Assembly: GCA_963771885.1 (NCBI GenBank)
Contig: CAVYVF010000002.1
Span: forward strand, 352,001 to 416,000
Direction of reading: 5' to 3'
DNA length: 64,000 bases
From: Candidatus Bathyarchaeota archaeon
GTDB lineage: Archaea; Thermoproteota; Bathyarchaeia; TCS64
Shown here: positions 1-9,917 of the stretch, in pieces
How the letters are laid out: each line of letters starts with the position of its first letter
Numbering within the stretch: position 1 is the stretch's first letter
Translations under genes and position numbers: made by a program
The notes under the pieces: model-generated
Told to the model about the DNA's origin: nothing
The model's database searches: none
The model's input: the letters and a program-made list of their open reading frames with translations, nothing else

Positions 1-88
1 TTTCACACATTCTCGGGCGCGTTGATGCGCCCCTACACCTCCACCGCCACCGTTATTAGGGAAATCAGAGATGGATAGGCGATGGAAC

Positions 89-1432
89 ATGCCGAAGGCG
101 AAGGTTCCTAACCTTATCACAGAGATACCCGGACCAAAGAGCAAGGCTCTCCTCGCTGAGAGGAACGAGTTCGTGCCACCGGGCGTCTACCTCACCCAAC
201 CCGTCGGAATAGCCGAGTCAAAGGGTGCACTGGTAACAGACGTCGACGGGAACACCCTGATCGACTTCACCAGCGGCATAGGCGTAGTCAGCCTTGGCCA
301 CTGCAAGCAGGAGATCGTCGACACTATCTGCGACCAGGCAGGTAAGCTCATCCACGGCTGCATACACGTCGTCAACTACGAGCCATACGTCAAGCTCGCC
401 GAGGCGATGGTCAAGGCCACCCCCGGCAAATACAAGAAGAGGGCAATGTTCGTGAACAGCGGCTCCGAGGCGGTCGAGAACGCGGTAAAGCTCATCCGCC
501 AGGGCACGAAGAGGCCGAACATCCTCAGCTTCGAGAACAGCTTCCACGGCCGCACATACATGGCTATGACGCTCACTGGCAAGTGGGACCCCTACAAAGT
601 GGGTCTCGGCCCGTTCGTCCCCGGCGTCTACTTCACCCCCTACGCCTACTGCTACAGGTGTCCGTTCCACTGCGAGTACCCCAGCTGCAGCTACGCCTGC
701 ATCGAGCACATCGAGCACAACATCTTCAAGACTCAGGTCGACCCAAGCACAGTCGGCGCGATAATCGCAGAGCCGGTGCAGGGTGAGGGAGGCTTCATTG
801 CCCCGCCGCCGGAATACTTCAAGGAGCTGAAGAAGGTCGCAGACGCGCACGGCATCAAGATGATCATCGACGAGGTCCAGACGGGCTTCGGGCGCACCGG
901 CAAGATGTGGGCTATCGAGCACTACGGCATCGAGCCCGACATCATGACTATGGCAAAGGCGATCGCCTCGGGTCTCCCCCTCAGTTGCGTCGTCGCAAAG
1001 GACGAGCTGATGAAGGATACCTATCCCGGCAGCCTAGGTGGCACATACGGCGGAAACCCCATCGCATGCGCCACGGGCCTCAAGGTGCTCGAGATCATCA
1101 AGAGGGAGAAGATCGTCGAAAAGTCTGCCGCGATGGGCAAGGTCCTCCACAAGAGGCTCGACGAGCTGAAGGACAAGTACGAGATCATCGGCGACGTCCG
1201 CGGCCTCGGCCCGATGCTCGCCATGGAGTTCGTTATGGACAAAAAGTCCAAGACCCCCAACCCCGACGCGAGCAGCAAGGTCATCAAGGGCTGCCTCAGC
1301 AGCGGACTGATGATCCTGAAGGCAGGGCTCTACAACAACTGCGTACGCCTCCACCCGCCGCTCACAATCGAGGAGGACGTGCTCGACGCTGGCATGGACA
1401 TCCTCGAGAAGGCGGTCAAGAAAGCGTCCTAA
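89..1432 (+). CDS. gabT: Class III PLP aminotransferase (4-aminobutyrate aminotransferase-like)
   Basis: Motifs NSGSEAVENA, FHGRT, EPVQGEGG, DEVQTGFGRTG, PLP Lys in MAKAIASG, GGTYGGNP. Start ATG at 89 (MPKAK) or 71. Confidence 0.85.
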   Translation: MPKAKVPNLITEIPGPKSKALLAERNEFVPPGVYLTQPVGIAESKGALVTDVDGNTLIDFTSGIGVVSLGHCKQEIVDTICDQAGKLIHGCIHVVNYEPYVKLAEAMVKATPGKYKKRAMFVNSGSEAVENAVKLIRQGTKRPNILSFENSFHGRTYMAMTLTGKWDPYKVGLGPFVPGVYFTPYAYCYRCPFHCEYPSCSYACIEHIEHNIFKTQVDPSTVGAIIAEPVQGEGGFIAPPPEYFKELKKVADAHGIKMIIDEVQTGFGRTGKMWAIEHYGIEPDIMTMAKAIASGLPLSCVVAKDELMKDTYPGSLGGTYGGNPIACATGLKVLEIIKREKIVEKSAAMGKVLHKRLDELKDKYEIIGDVRGLGPMLAMEFVMDKKSKTPNPDASSKVIKGCLSSGLMILKAGLYNNCVRLHPPLTIEEDVLDAGMDILEKAVKKAS

Positions 1433-1476
1433 ACCTCTCCTCCCTTTTAATATCCCGACTCCGTTTTATTTGAGGC

Positions 1477-2317
1477 GTGAAGCTGGGCTTCCACGTCTCA
1501 ATCGCCGACTCGGTAGACCTGTCATTCGACAGAGCGCGGCAGCTAGGATGCACGGCTTTCCAGCTATTCACGCGGAACCCCCGCACGTGGGCGTCGAGGA
1601 AGATACGACCCGACTGAGATTGAGGCATTTCGCAGAAAACACAAAACCTATGGAATTGGCCCGGTCTTTGCCCACATGCCCTACCTCCCAAACCTCGCAA
1701 GCCCCGACGACACTATCTACCGGAAGTCCGTTGACTCCCTCCTAGAGGAGATCAGAGGTGTCACAGTCTCGGCATTCGATACATCGTTACACACATAGGC
1801 AGTCACGTAGGAATCGGGCGCGGAAGACGGTAAGACGCGAATCATCCAAGCCCTCGCTAGGGCAGTCGACGAGGACGGACCGATGATTCTCCTTGAAAAC
1901 GGCTCAGGTTCGGGGAGCCACCTCGGGTCAAGCCTAGAGGAGATCGCCGAACTCATCGCCGCCATCGGAGGGAACAAGGTCGGCTCCTGTTTCGATACGT
2001 GCCACGCCTACGGGGCAGGTTACGATATCGCCACGCGTGAGGGGCTGACGAAGACCATACATACTATCGAAAAGACCATTGGCTTCGATAGACTCAAACT
2101 CGTTCACCTCAACGACTCCTACGGCAGCCTCGGCTCCGGTGTTGACCACCACGATCACATCGGCATGGGCAAGATCGGCGAGGATGGCTTCCGCAACATC
2201 CTCGCCAGCCAACTCGCTAAGAGACCGATGATAATGGAGACACCCATAGACGAGAGGCGCAGCGATACTGAGAATATGGCGAAGGTCAAAGAACTTGCTG
2301 GACTCAGTATGAGATGA
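1477..2317 (+). CDS. nfo: Endonuclease IV (AP endonuclease family 2), broken by three frameshifts in this sequence
   Basis: GTG 1477 gives MKLGFHVSIA..QLFTRNPR. Later frames give HMPYLPNL, THIGSH, LEN, DTCH, HLNDS, DHHDHIG, MET. Shifts near 1612, 1754 and 1816. Confidence 0.85.
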
Positions 2318-2513
2318 GCTTCATCTGGTAGGCATCAGGTTCACTTCTGCTGAGAATGATGCGCAGGGCTGCTGAGGCGTAGTCGACCAACTCGCGCTCG
2401 GAGAGGTACGGATAGGTTCGACGCCCGACCTTGATTATCGGATCGATGGTCTGGACGTTCCTCCTCTTTACCGCCGCGTCTTCCCTAGTGATCTGGACGA
2501 GGCGCTCGACCAC
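2304..2513 (-). CDS. Small hypothetical protein
   Basis: 69-aa ORF with genome-like codon use and an AT-rich promoter-like region upstream. Start uncertain. Confidence 0.5.
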   Translation of the reverse strand: MVERLVQITREDAAVKRRNVQTIDPIIKVGRRTYPYLSERELVDYASAALRIILSRSEPDAYQMKLISY

Positions 2514-2830
2514 CGCTCGCCTGTTACCAACCTGCTGCCATAGCTAACCAGCCTAGCAAATAAGATAATTTCTGAGTATATAAATATAATGGCATTAATC
2601 AGAAATATATTTGGTATCAGTTTCACCCACTTTCACTACGGTTTATTGAGGCGTTTATACGAGCGGTTATTTAAACCGTATTGAGGTAATGGGGCAGTTA
2701 TACCTGTTATATTGTAAACCGTAAAACGAACGGTTCGGTGGCATTCTAGTTACCCGCCATATTTTCATTCAGGCATTTCGTATTAGTGGGATAAGCTTAA
2801 AATTAATCCTCCCTGTGCTTATGTTTGTTC

Positions 2831-2908
2831 GCCCCGGTGGCTTAGCCTGGCCAAAGCGTTTGCTTGGTAAGCAAAAGATCGCGGGTCCAAATCCCGCCCG
2901 GGGCTCCA
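2831..2908 (+). tRNA. tRNA-Thr(GGT), CCA encoded
   Basis: Acceptor GCCCCGG/CCGGGGC plus TCCA; anticodon arm TTTGC-TTGGTAA-GCAAA; T arm GCGGG-TCCAAAT-CCCGC. Confidence 0.95.
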
Positions 2909-2948
2909 CCACAATATAAATACCCCCGGGCACCCATCCGTCTCAGTC

Positions 2949-3642
2949 TTGAGTCCATTTAACGCTTAAAGGCATAATCTTCGACCTAGACGCTACACTC
3001 GTTGACCTCGGTGAGCACGTGAGATGGAGGGAGGCGCAAGACGGCGTCGTCGAGGCGTATCGCGCCTGCGGTTGCAGCGAGAACGACCTCGCCAAGTGTA
3101 CCGCGAAGGGTCTCTTCAACTTCATGCACGAGATGGACTCACATCTCTCCCTCACAAGGAGCAATGATGAAATGCAGACGATACGCGACAGCATCTGGGG
3201 CGTCCTCGACGGATACGAGTCGGAGGGCGTCGAGAAGTGTAGTTTCATGTCCGGAACCTTCGAGACGTTATTCTGGCTCAGGGACAAGGATATTAGGATG
3301 GGTGTCTGCACCTCCAACTCCGGCGAGGTCGCAGTCAAGGTGCTTGAGAAGCTTGGTGTCTCAACCCTCTTCGTCTCAGTCATCGGTAGGACGTCGGGGA
3401 TGCTGATGAAGCCCCACCCTGACCAGGTCCTCGCCTGCTTTAATGAGATGGGCGTTGACCCACGCGACGGCGTGATGATAGGTGACAGCCACAACGACGT
3501 CCTCGCCGGGAAGGCGGCAGGGGCAAAGGCGATCGCTATCCCGGTCTACTTCACCCGCAAGGAGGCTATGGAGGCAGCAAAGCCCGACGCCGTCATAAAT
3601 TCAATGGCTGACCTGCCAGAGGCACTTATGAGCCTCAGATGA
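2949..3642 (+). CDS. HAD-family hydrolase (phosphoglycolase phosphatase-like HAD-IA)
   Basis: Motif I GIIFDLDATL lies in frame upstream of the 3019 ORF; also KPHPD and MIGDSHND. Probable TTG start at 2949 with one extra T in a run. Confidence 0.8.
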
Positions 3643-3823
3643 GGATGCGCGCGCGCATAATTGTCCCAATGGTAAATATAGTGGCTGGGGGATTCATTTG
3701 TGCGATTGCTCTAGCAGCAATTATTTTAGTAGGTTTTCGACTACTGAGACGATAATAAAATATCAATTCTCGCATATGTGCGCGTTTTTAATAAAACCAA
3801 TTTTTCTTCTTTTTCCGTAATTC

Positions 3824-4166
3824 AAAAGAGCCGAGGGTTACTGTAAAATTCGACTCGGTCACTCATTAGTCCCTGACTATTTGGCTTTCACCGCTATGAT
3901 TGACAATAAAAGTAGCTACCGCATAACTATGAATGGTAAAATCGATTATTACTTGAATAACAACTATATCACTTCATTTTATCTAGAAAATCAGGTTTTA
4001 TACCCTGGAATATCAACTGTTAATATGAATACTCAACTTACGGCTGGTTCAATAATCACGATATTAAAATACTCAAACACAATCCAATTCGTATAATGGT
4101 CATTTAATTTATAGCACAAAACTATTTGGCTTCATTCCTATCGAGATAGTAAAAACGATTGGATAA
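3824..4166 (+). pseudogene. AT-rich degraded ORF, beta-rich (possibly LEA_2/WHy-like)
   Basis: Low-GC stretch. Broken reading frames KEPRVTVKFDSV../LAFTAMIDNKSSY..IQF/YNGHLIYSTKLFGFIPIEIVKTIG*. Confidence 0.3.
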
Positions 4167-4215
4167 CACACGATTAAACGGAAATAAATATACGAAACTT
4201 AAGCATAGACTCTAT

Positions 4216-4267
4216 TGGGTGTCGGGGCTCCCCATTCTCCCAAGCGTGTGCGTAGCCCCGATGCCCA
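4216..4267 (+). ncRNA. Candidate small hairpin RNA
   Basis: 14-bp stem TGGGTGTCGGGGCT/AGCCCCGATGCCCA with two G-U pairs, downstream of TAAATATA. Confidence 0.35.
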
Positions 4268-4342
4268 GCTATTTCATTGAATAATGAACATATTTTTACA
4301 TTAGAAATGGAGCATACTCTTACGGCGAGGGCTGAAGGGTAG

Positions 4343-5967
4343 TTGACTGACGATATTGAGCATAATATTTCGCCCAACATCATCGGGAAAGGCACATGGT
4401 ACGACAAGGCCGCATCTGAGCTCATTGAGCGTGAGAAGAAGCTCGGTAGGAGCCTCAAGCTCATAAGGACCGAGAGCGGCCTCGGCGCCTCCGGCTTTCC
4501 CCACATAGGCAGCCTCGGCGACGCCCTCCGCAACTACGCCGTAGCCCTCGGGTGCAGGGTGCAGGGCTACGACGCCGAGCTCATCGCCTTCAGCGACGAC
4601 AAGGATGGTCTCAGAAAGGTACCCGCCGGGCTCCCCAAGGAGCTTGAGAAATGGCTCGGCTACTCCGTCAGCACAATACCCTGACCCTGCGGGGGACTGC
4701 CACAAGAGCTTCGGCGCACACATGACGAGCCAACTCCTCGCCGCCCTCGACACCTCGGGGGCAGACTACCACTTCATGAGTGGCTTCGAGTGCTACAAGC
4801 AGGGTCTCTTTGACAATGAGATCCTCGCAATCATGAACAACCACGAGAAGGTCGGCAGAATTATTGAGGACGAGATCGGGCAGGAGAAGTACACGGAGGA
4901 ACTCCCATACTTCGTCGTCTGCGAGAAGTGCGGTCGCATCTACACCACACACGCGACAAAGTACCACCCAGGGTCTCACACCATCGAGTACGAGTGCAAC
5001 GGCATGGAGGTCCGGGGCAACTGGCTCGAAGGCTGCGGCCACAAAGGCGAGGTAGATATACTCTCCGGCAACGGTAAACTAAGCTGGAAGGTCGAGTTCG
5101 CTGCCCGATGGACGCGCGCTCGACATACGTTTCGAGGCATACGGTAAGGACATTGCAGACAGTGTCAGGGTCAACGACCGAATATGCCGCGAGATACTTG
5201 GCTGGGAGCCACCCATGCACGTCCAGTACGAGATGTTCACGGACCGCGGCGGCAAAAAGATCAGCAAGAGCGCTGGTAATGTCTTCACACCTCAGGTCTG
5301 GTACCGTTATGGCTCACCCCAGTCCCTCAACCTACTCATCTTCAAACGGTTCGTCGGTACCAAGAGCGGTAGTGTCCTCGACATACCCCAACACATGGAC
5401 GAGCTAGATGACGTAGAGGACGCCTACTTCGGCAAGGCGAAGATCACCGACGAGATGGAGAAGGCGCAGGCATCCGGCCTCTACGAGTACTGCTGGATGC
5501 TGAAACCGCCGAATGAGATCGAGGTGCATGTTCCTTACAATCTCGTGTTGAAGCTCGCGCGCCTCGCTCCCAAGGGGCAAGAGCAGGCTTTCATTGAGGG
5601 CAAGCTCAGGGAGTATGGCTACCTAGATAAGACGACGAACGGCCTCGAAAAGAGGATCGGATACGCCCTTAACTGGGTGGAGGACTTCGCGGAGGAGCTA
5701 CCCGAGATCAGCCTCACCGAGCAGGAGGCGACGATAGTCAACGCCGTGCTCATGGAGCTCTGGAAGGCGAACACGCCCGAAGAGTATCAGGGCGTCGCCT
5801 TCAACGCCGCAAAGGCGAACAACTGGAAGCCACGCGATGTATTCCCCGTCGTCTACCGCGTTCTCCTCGGGAAGACACAGGGACCAAGGCTGGGACCATA
5901 CATCTCGCTTATCGGAAAAGAAGGCGTCATCTCCGAGCTGGAGAACGCCGTTAAAAAAAGGGCTTAG
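4343..5967 (+). CDS. lysS: Class I lysyl-tRNA synthetase (two frameshifts in this sequence)
   Basis: SGFPHIGS (HIGH), CEKCGRI, GKLSWKVEFAARW, FEAYGKD, KKISKS, GPRLGP. Shifts at ~4680 (CCC run) and ~5112. Confidence 0.93.
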
Positions 5968-6146
5968 TTGCCCACGGGCTTTCCGGCGTGGGCCCAGTTG
6001 TACTTCTCGATGTCGTAGAAGACGACGCTAACCGCCTCGGGCGGGCACCCCACCGCCTCGCACATCGCCTTCGTGAGTAGCTCCATCGTCTTAGCCTTCG
6101 TGGCTTTGTCCCTACCGGCGTACCATTTGACTTCTATCCACGGCAT
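5964..6146 (-). CDS. 4-oxalocrotonate tautomerase family protein
   Basis: 60 aa, catalytic Pro after Met, GR..K, EAVSVV..D..NW..AG pattern. Confidence 0.85.
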   Translation of the reverse strand: MPWIEVKWYAGRDKATKAKTMELLTKAMCEAVGCPPEAVSVVFYDIEKYNWAHAGKPVGN

Positions 6147-6200
6147 TATGCATTCACCATGGAGTAGTGTGCCTCATTGCTGTTAAGAAGGTTGCGAGGT

Positions 6201-6263
6201 GGCGGGCTCCAAACTCAAGATCCTCATCACGGGTTCAGAAGGGCAAAGTCATCATCGCCCGCC
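6201..6263 (-). ncRNA. Box C/D methylation guide sRNA
   Basis: Minus strand reads GGCGGGCG-ATGATGA(C)-CTTTGCCCTT-CTGA(D')-ACCC-GTGATGA(C')-GGATCTTGAGTT-TGGA(D)-GCCCGCC, with a 7-bp terminal stem. Confidence 0.85.
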
Positions 6264-6339
6264 TACTATCCCGGGGGTGGGTGCGGTGATAAAGGTTACC
6301 GGGAGATGGATTTTTATCCTCTACTCTGAACGTTGAGCC

Positions 6340-6837
6340 ATGGATCGCCCGGATAAGGACAGGTACTTCCTAGACATTGCCCTCAGCGTCGCAGCCCGCT
6401 CCACATGCATTCGCCGAAAGTTCGGCGCCGTCATCGTTAAGGACAGCACAATAGTCGGCACAGGCTACAACGGGACGGCACGAGGCGTCGTCAACTGTTA
6501 CGAGGTCGGCTGCATAAAGGACGAGATGGAGTCACCCCAAGGCGCCGCATACGACTACTGCCCCGCCGTCCACGCAGAAGAGAACGCCATAATCAATAGC
6601 AACCGCGGCGACCGCATCGGATCGACCCTCTACATAGCGGGGCGCGACCGTGACGGCAAGCTAACGATGGCGGTACCCTGCCAGAGGTGCCGCCGCAAGA
6701 TAATGAACAGCCAGATCAGCGAGGTGATCATACTCAGTAACGAGGGAAAGGCGATCCACTACGATGTCTCCACCTACGCAAAGGAGGACAGCGAATGGTA
6801 CATGGACGCCCTCAAGAAGGCGAAGGCGAGCAGTTAG
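6340..6837 (+). CDS. dCMP deaminase family protein
   Basis: RSTC..R.FGAVIV, GYNG, HAEENAI and PCxxC zinc motifs. Confidence 0.9.
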   Translation: MDRPDKDRYFLDIALSVAARSTCIRRKFGAVIVKDSTIVGTGYNGTARGVVNCYEVGCIKDEMESPQGAAYDYCPAVHAEENAIINSNRGDRIGSTLYIAGRDRDGKLTMAVPCQRCRRKIMNSQISEVIILSNEGKAIHYDVSTYAKEDSEWYMDALKKAKASS

Positions 6838-6884
6838 TTAAATTTATAAACCGAGTCAATCAACGCAGAACAGGAGAAACCACA

Positions 6885-7022
6885 ATGAGTCAAGAGAAAA
6901 AAGTCAATGATCTCGAGGTAGAGGTCGCCGGTCTTATCGATAAGATCGACGGCATCGAGGAAAAGCTCGAGGAGATAATGGAGCGCCTCAGCGAGATCGA
7001 AGAGAAGCTGGAGAATCTTTAG
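6885..7022 (+). CDS. 45-aa acidic coiled-coil microprotein
   Basis: TTTATAAA TATA at 6843 and AGGAG RBS; heptad pattern LIDKIDGIEEKLEEIMERLSEIEEKLENL. Confidence 0.65.
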   Translation: MSQEKKVNDLEVEVAGLIDKIDGIEEKLEEIMERLSEIEEKLENL

Positions 7023-7100
7023 TCCCCACATTTCAACGCCGGGGGATCTTGTTCTAAAAATTTAAAAGACCGTCTCATTGCCCTAAGCCATGAGACTGGG

Positions 7101-8354
7101 ATGGCATTCGGCGAGCACACATCTAAGTCGATTATCGGCAGCAGGTCGCATGAGCTTCTTGGTAAACGGATAATTCTATGCGTGACGGGGAGCGTCGCGG
7201 TTATCCGCAGCCCTGACATCGCCAGAGACCTGATGCGCCGCGGCGCGGACGTTTACGTTGTCATGTCTAAGATGGCGGAGCAAATGGTGCACCCCGATAT
7301 GTTTCATTGGGCGACGGGCAACCCCGTCGTCACGGAGCTGACTGGGGACATCGAGCACGTCCAGTACGGCGGTGAGCACAAGGAGCACGCCGACCTGATA
7401 CTCGTAGCGCCATCGACGGCGAACACAATTGGCAAGGTGGCTGCGGGAATAGATGATACACCGGTTACTACTTTGCTCACGACAGCGATCGGCGCCGGCA
7501 TACCAGTGATAATCGCCCCCGCTATGCACGCAAGCATGTACAAGCACAGGATAGTCAACGATAACATCGCCAAGCTCCAGGGTATAGGTATCGAGGTTCT
7601 CATGCCCCGCTTCGAGGAGGGAAAAGCAAAGATACCTGGCACCGAGGAAATAGTCGACGCCGTCGTCAGGAAGCTGACTAGGCCGAAGGACCTCGCGGGT
7701 AGGCGCATCCTCATCACAGCGGGGCCCACGCGCGCCTATATCGACGCCTTTCGCTACATTACAAACCCGAGCTCGGGCAAGATGGGCGTCGCCATCGCCG
7801 AGGATGCCCTAGAGCGCGGAGCGGAAGTGACACTCATCTACGGACCCGCCACAGTCCCGCCGCCACCGGACGCCCGTGTAGTCAAAATAGAGACGACCGA
7901 GCAGATGCTCGACACAGTCGTCTCAGAGCTCAAGGCGAAAAAGTACGACGCAGCCATCCTATCCGCCGCCGCCAGCGACTGGGGGCCCTCGGACCGCAAG
8001 ATGGAGAAGACCTCCTCTGACAAAGGCGTGTGGACGCTCAAGCTCAAGGCACTCCCCAAGATCATCGCCGAGGTCAAGAAGACCGACCCCGACGTCTTCC
8101 TCGTCGGCTTCAAGGCCGAGTTTAACATTACCGAAGAGGAGCTCGTCGAGAGGAGCTACAAGCGCCTCAAGGAGATGAAGATGAACCTCATAGTGGCCAA
8201 TGACGTTTCGAAGGAGAACCGGGGCTTTAACGTCGACACCAACGAGGTCTACATCGTGGACCCAAAGCGGAAAGTCCTTCACATAGGGCTCACGTCGAAG
8301 AGGGAGATAGCCGGTAGGCTCCTCGACGTCGTCAAGACGCAGCTAAAGGCTTAA
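7101..8354 (+). CDS. coaBC: Bifunctional phosphopantothenoylcysteine decarboxylase / phosphopantothenate-cysteine ligase
   Basis: CVTGSVA, APSTANTIGK, PAMH, ITAGPT, NPSSGKMG, VGFKAE, IVANDV. Confidence 0.95.
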   Translation: MAFGEHTSKSIIGSRSHELLGKRIILCVTGSVAVIRSPDIARDLMRRGADVYVVMSKMAEQMVHPDMFHWATGNPVVTELTGDIEHVQYGGEHKEHADLILVAPSTANTIGKVAAGIDDTPVTTLLTTAIGAGIPVIIAPAMHASMYKHRIVNDNIAKLQGIGIEVLMPRFEEGKAKIPGTEEIVDAVVRKLTRPKDLAGRRILITAGPTRAYIDAFRYITNPSSGKMGVAIAEDALERGAEVTLIYGPATVPPPPDARVVKIETTEQMLDTVVSELKAKKYDAAILSAAASDWGPSDRKMEKTSSDKGVWTLKLKALPKIIAEVKKTDPDVFLVGFKAEFNITEEELVERSYKRLKEMKMNLIVANDVSKENRGFNVDTNEVYIVDPKRKVLHIGLTSKREIAGRLLDVVKTQLKA

Positions 8355-8381
8355 GCCAACTCCCCCGAACAATTCTCCGCC

Positions 8382-9590
8382 TTGGGCGAAATACGATTCT
8401 CCTACATCGAGCGCGACATGCTTGACCAGTACACCGAGCTTCTACGCCTCGCCTTCCCCGATGAGGGTGTTGATGTCCTCGGCAAGCGTCTCTATGAAAA
8501 CCACCCCGAGATGACTGCGCGGAACTTCTACGCACTCTGGGACGGCTACACGATGGTCGCGACGCTCAACATCATCCCCCAGACATGGAGCATTGGTGGT
8601 GTCCCCCTCCGGATGGCAGAGATGGGACTCGTCGCCACGCACCCCAGCTACAGGGGCAGGGGACTGCAAAGAAGGCTCAACGCTGAGTTTGACAAACAGA
8701 CTAAGGTGGAAGGGTACCACCTTGCGGGGCTAGAAGGCATCCCCTACTTCTACAGGCAGTTTGGTTTCGAGTATGCGGTACCGCTCGACGAGAACGCCAC
8801 GATCCCCCTCGCTAAACTACCGTATGAGGGCTCGCCACTCTTCTCCCCCCTCCTCCAGAGCGAGATACCTCAGGCGATGAAGCTCCTCGAAAATGTGCAG
8901 AAGCAATACACCGTTTACAGCATCAGGAGCCTCCGCGAATGGGAGACTCAGGAAAAAACCTGCTGGGTGGGAGAGCATAACAGCACCACCCACGCCCTGA
9001 GAGAAGGTGGTAAGCTCAAGGCATACGTCAGAGTCGAGACCAAGGACAAGAAGATACTTCTCCACGAGCACGTCGGCGTAGACGCGAAGACCTCACCGGG
9101 AGTCGCTGCGTTTCTCCTCCGCCTCGGCGAAGAGAAAGGCGCCACCGACCTCGTTTCCCGCGAGTCCTACTCGGAACCATTCAGCGAATACCTGCTAAAG
9201 CTCGGCGCATCGAGACGTGCTGCCTACGCGTGGCAGATGAAGGTAGTCGACCACAAGCGAACACTGGAAACGCTCGCCCCCGTCTACGAGGAGCGGATAG
9301 AGAAGTCACCGCTCAAGGGCTACACCGGTTCCATACCCTTCAACTTCTACAAAGTAGCCGTCTCAATATCTTTCAAGAACGGCAAGTTCGAAGGAGCCGT
9401 CGAGGTCCCTGCCGAGCAGAAGGGGGATATTCTCATCAACCCGCAGGTCTTCCCCAAGCTACTTCTCGCATATCGCTCGCTGGATGAAGTCATGGCGGAG
9501 TACCCCGACATCCGCATTAAGCCCGAGTACATACCGATCATTGCAACTCTCTTCCCGAAGGGCGAGGCACATATCCACACTTGTTACTAA
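8382..9590 (+). CDS. GNAT acetyltransferase, Eis-like
   Basis: VATHPSYRGRGL acetyl-CoA motif, GIPYFYRQFGF, ~400 aa with an SCP2-like C-terminal region. Confidence 0.8.
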   Translation: MGEIRFSYIERDMLDQYTELLRLAFPDEGVDVLGKRLYENHPEMTARNFYALWDGYTMVATLNIIPQTWSIGGVPLRMAEMGLVATHPSYRGRGLQRRLNAEFDKQTKVEGYHLAGLEGIPYFYRQFGFEYAVPLDENATIPLAKLPYEGSPLFSPLLQSEIPQAMKLLENVQKQYTVYSIRSLREWETQEKTCWVGEHNSTTHALREGGKLKAYVRVETKDKKILLHEHVGVDAKTSPGVAAFLLRLGEEKGATDLVSRESYSEPFSEYLLKLGASRRAAYAWQMKVVDHKRTLETLAPVYEERIEKSPLKGYTGSIPFNFYKVAVSISFKNGKFEGAVEVPAEQKGDILINPQVFPKLLLAYRSLDEVMAEYPDIRIKPEYIPIIATLFPKGEAHIHTCY

Positions 9591-9917
9591 GCAGATCTAA
9601 AGCGCCAAGGCACATTTTGTATAGATTGACGGAATAATGATGGAAAATAGAGCGGCAGATCATTGAGACTAACGTATATCATGTGGTCGCGCCTTACATT
9701 GGCCCAAAATTCAGAACAAACTTGGTCAAGGTCGCGCGCGCCCAATATAAGGACAATTTAGCGCGCAATATGGCTCTTTCACCAGAAATAAGCCCGGAAA
9801 CGGCTCCGACGGTAAATAAATCGCGTCAAAACGAGTACACTCTGTATAAGCCATCTAAAAAAAGGGCGTTAACATAGATGCTTTTTAAGTCACACCCCCC
9901 AACACAGCTACGACCAG

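Noticed and set aside
2560..2830. Replication origin in the AT-rich spacer
   Set aside because: No ORB consensus with a G-string and no cdc6/orc1 in the window.
2831..4340. tRNA-anchored integrative element
   Set aside because: No integrase and no duplicated tRNA 3' end were seen.
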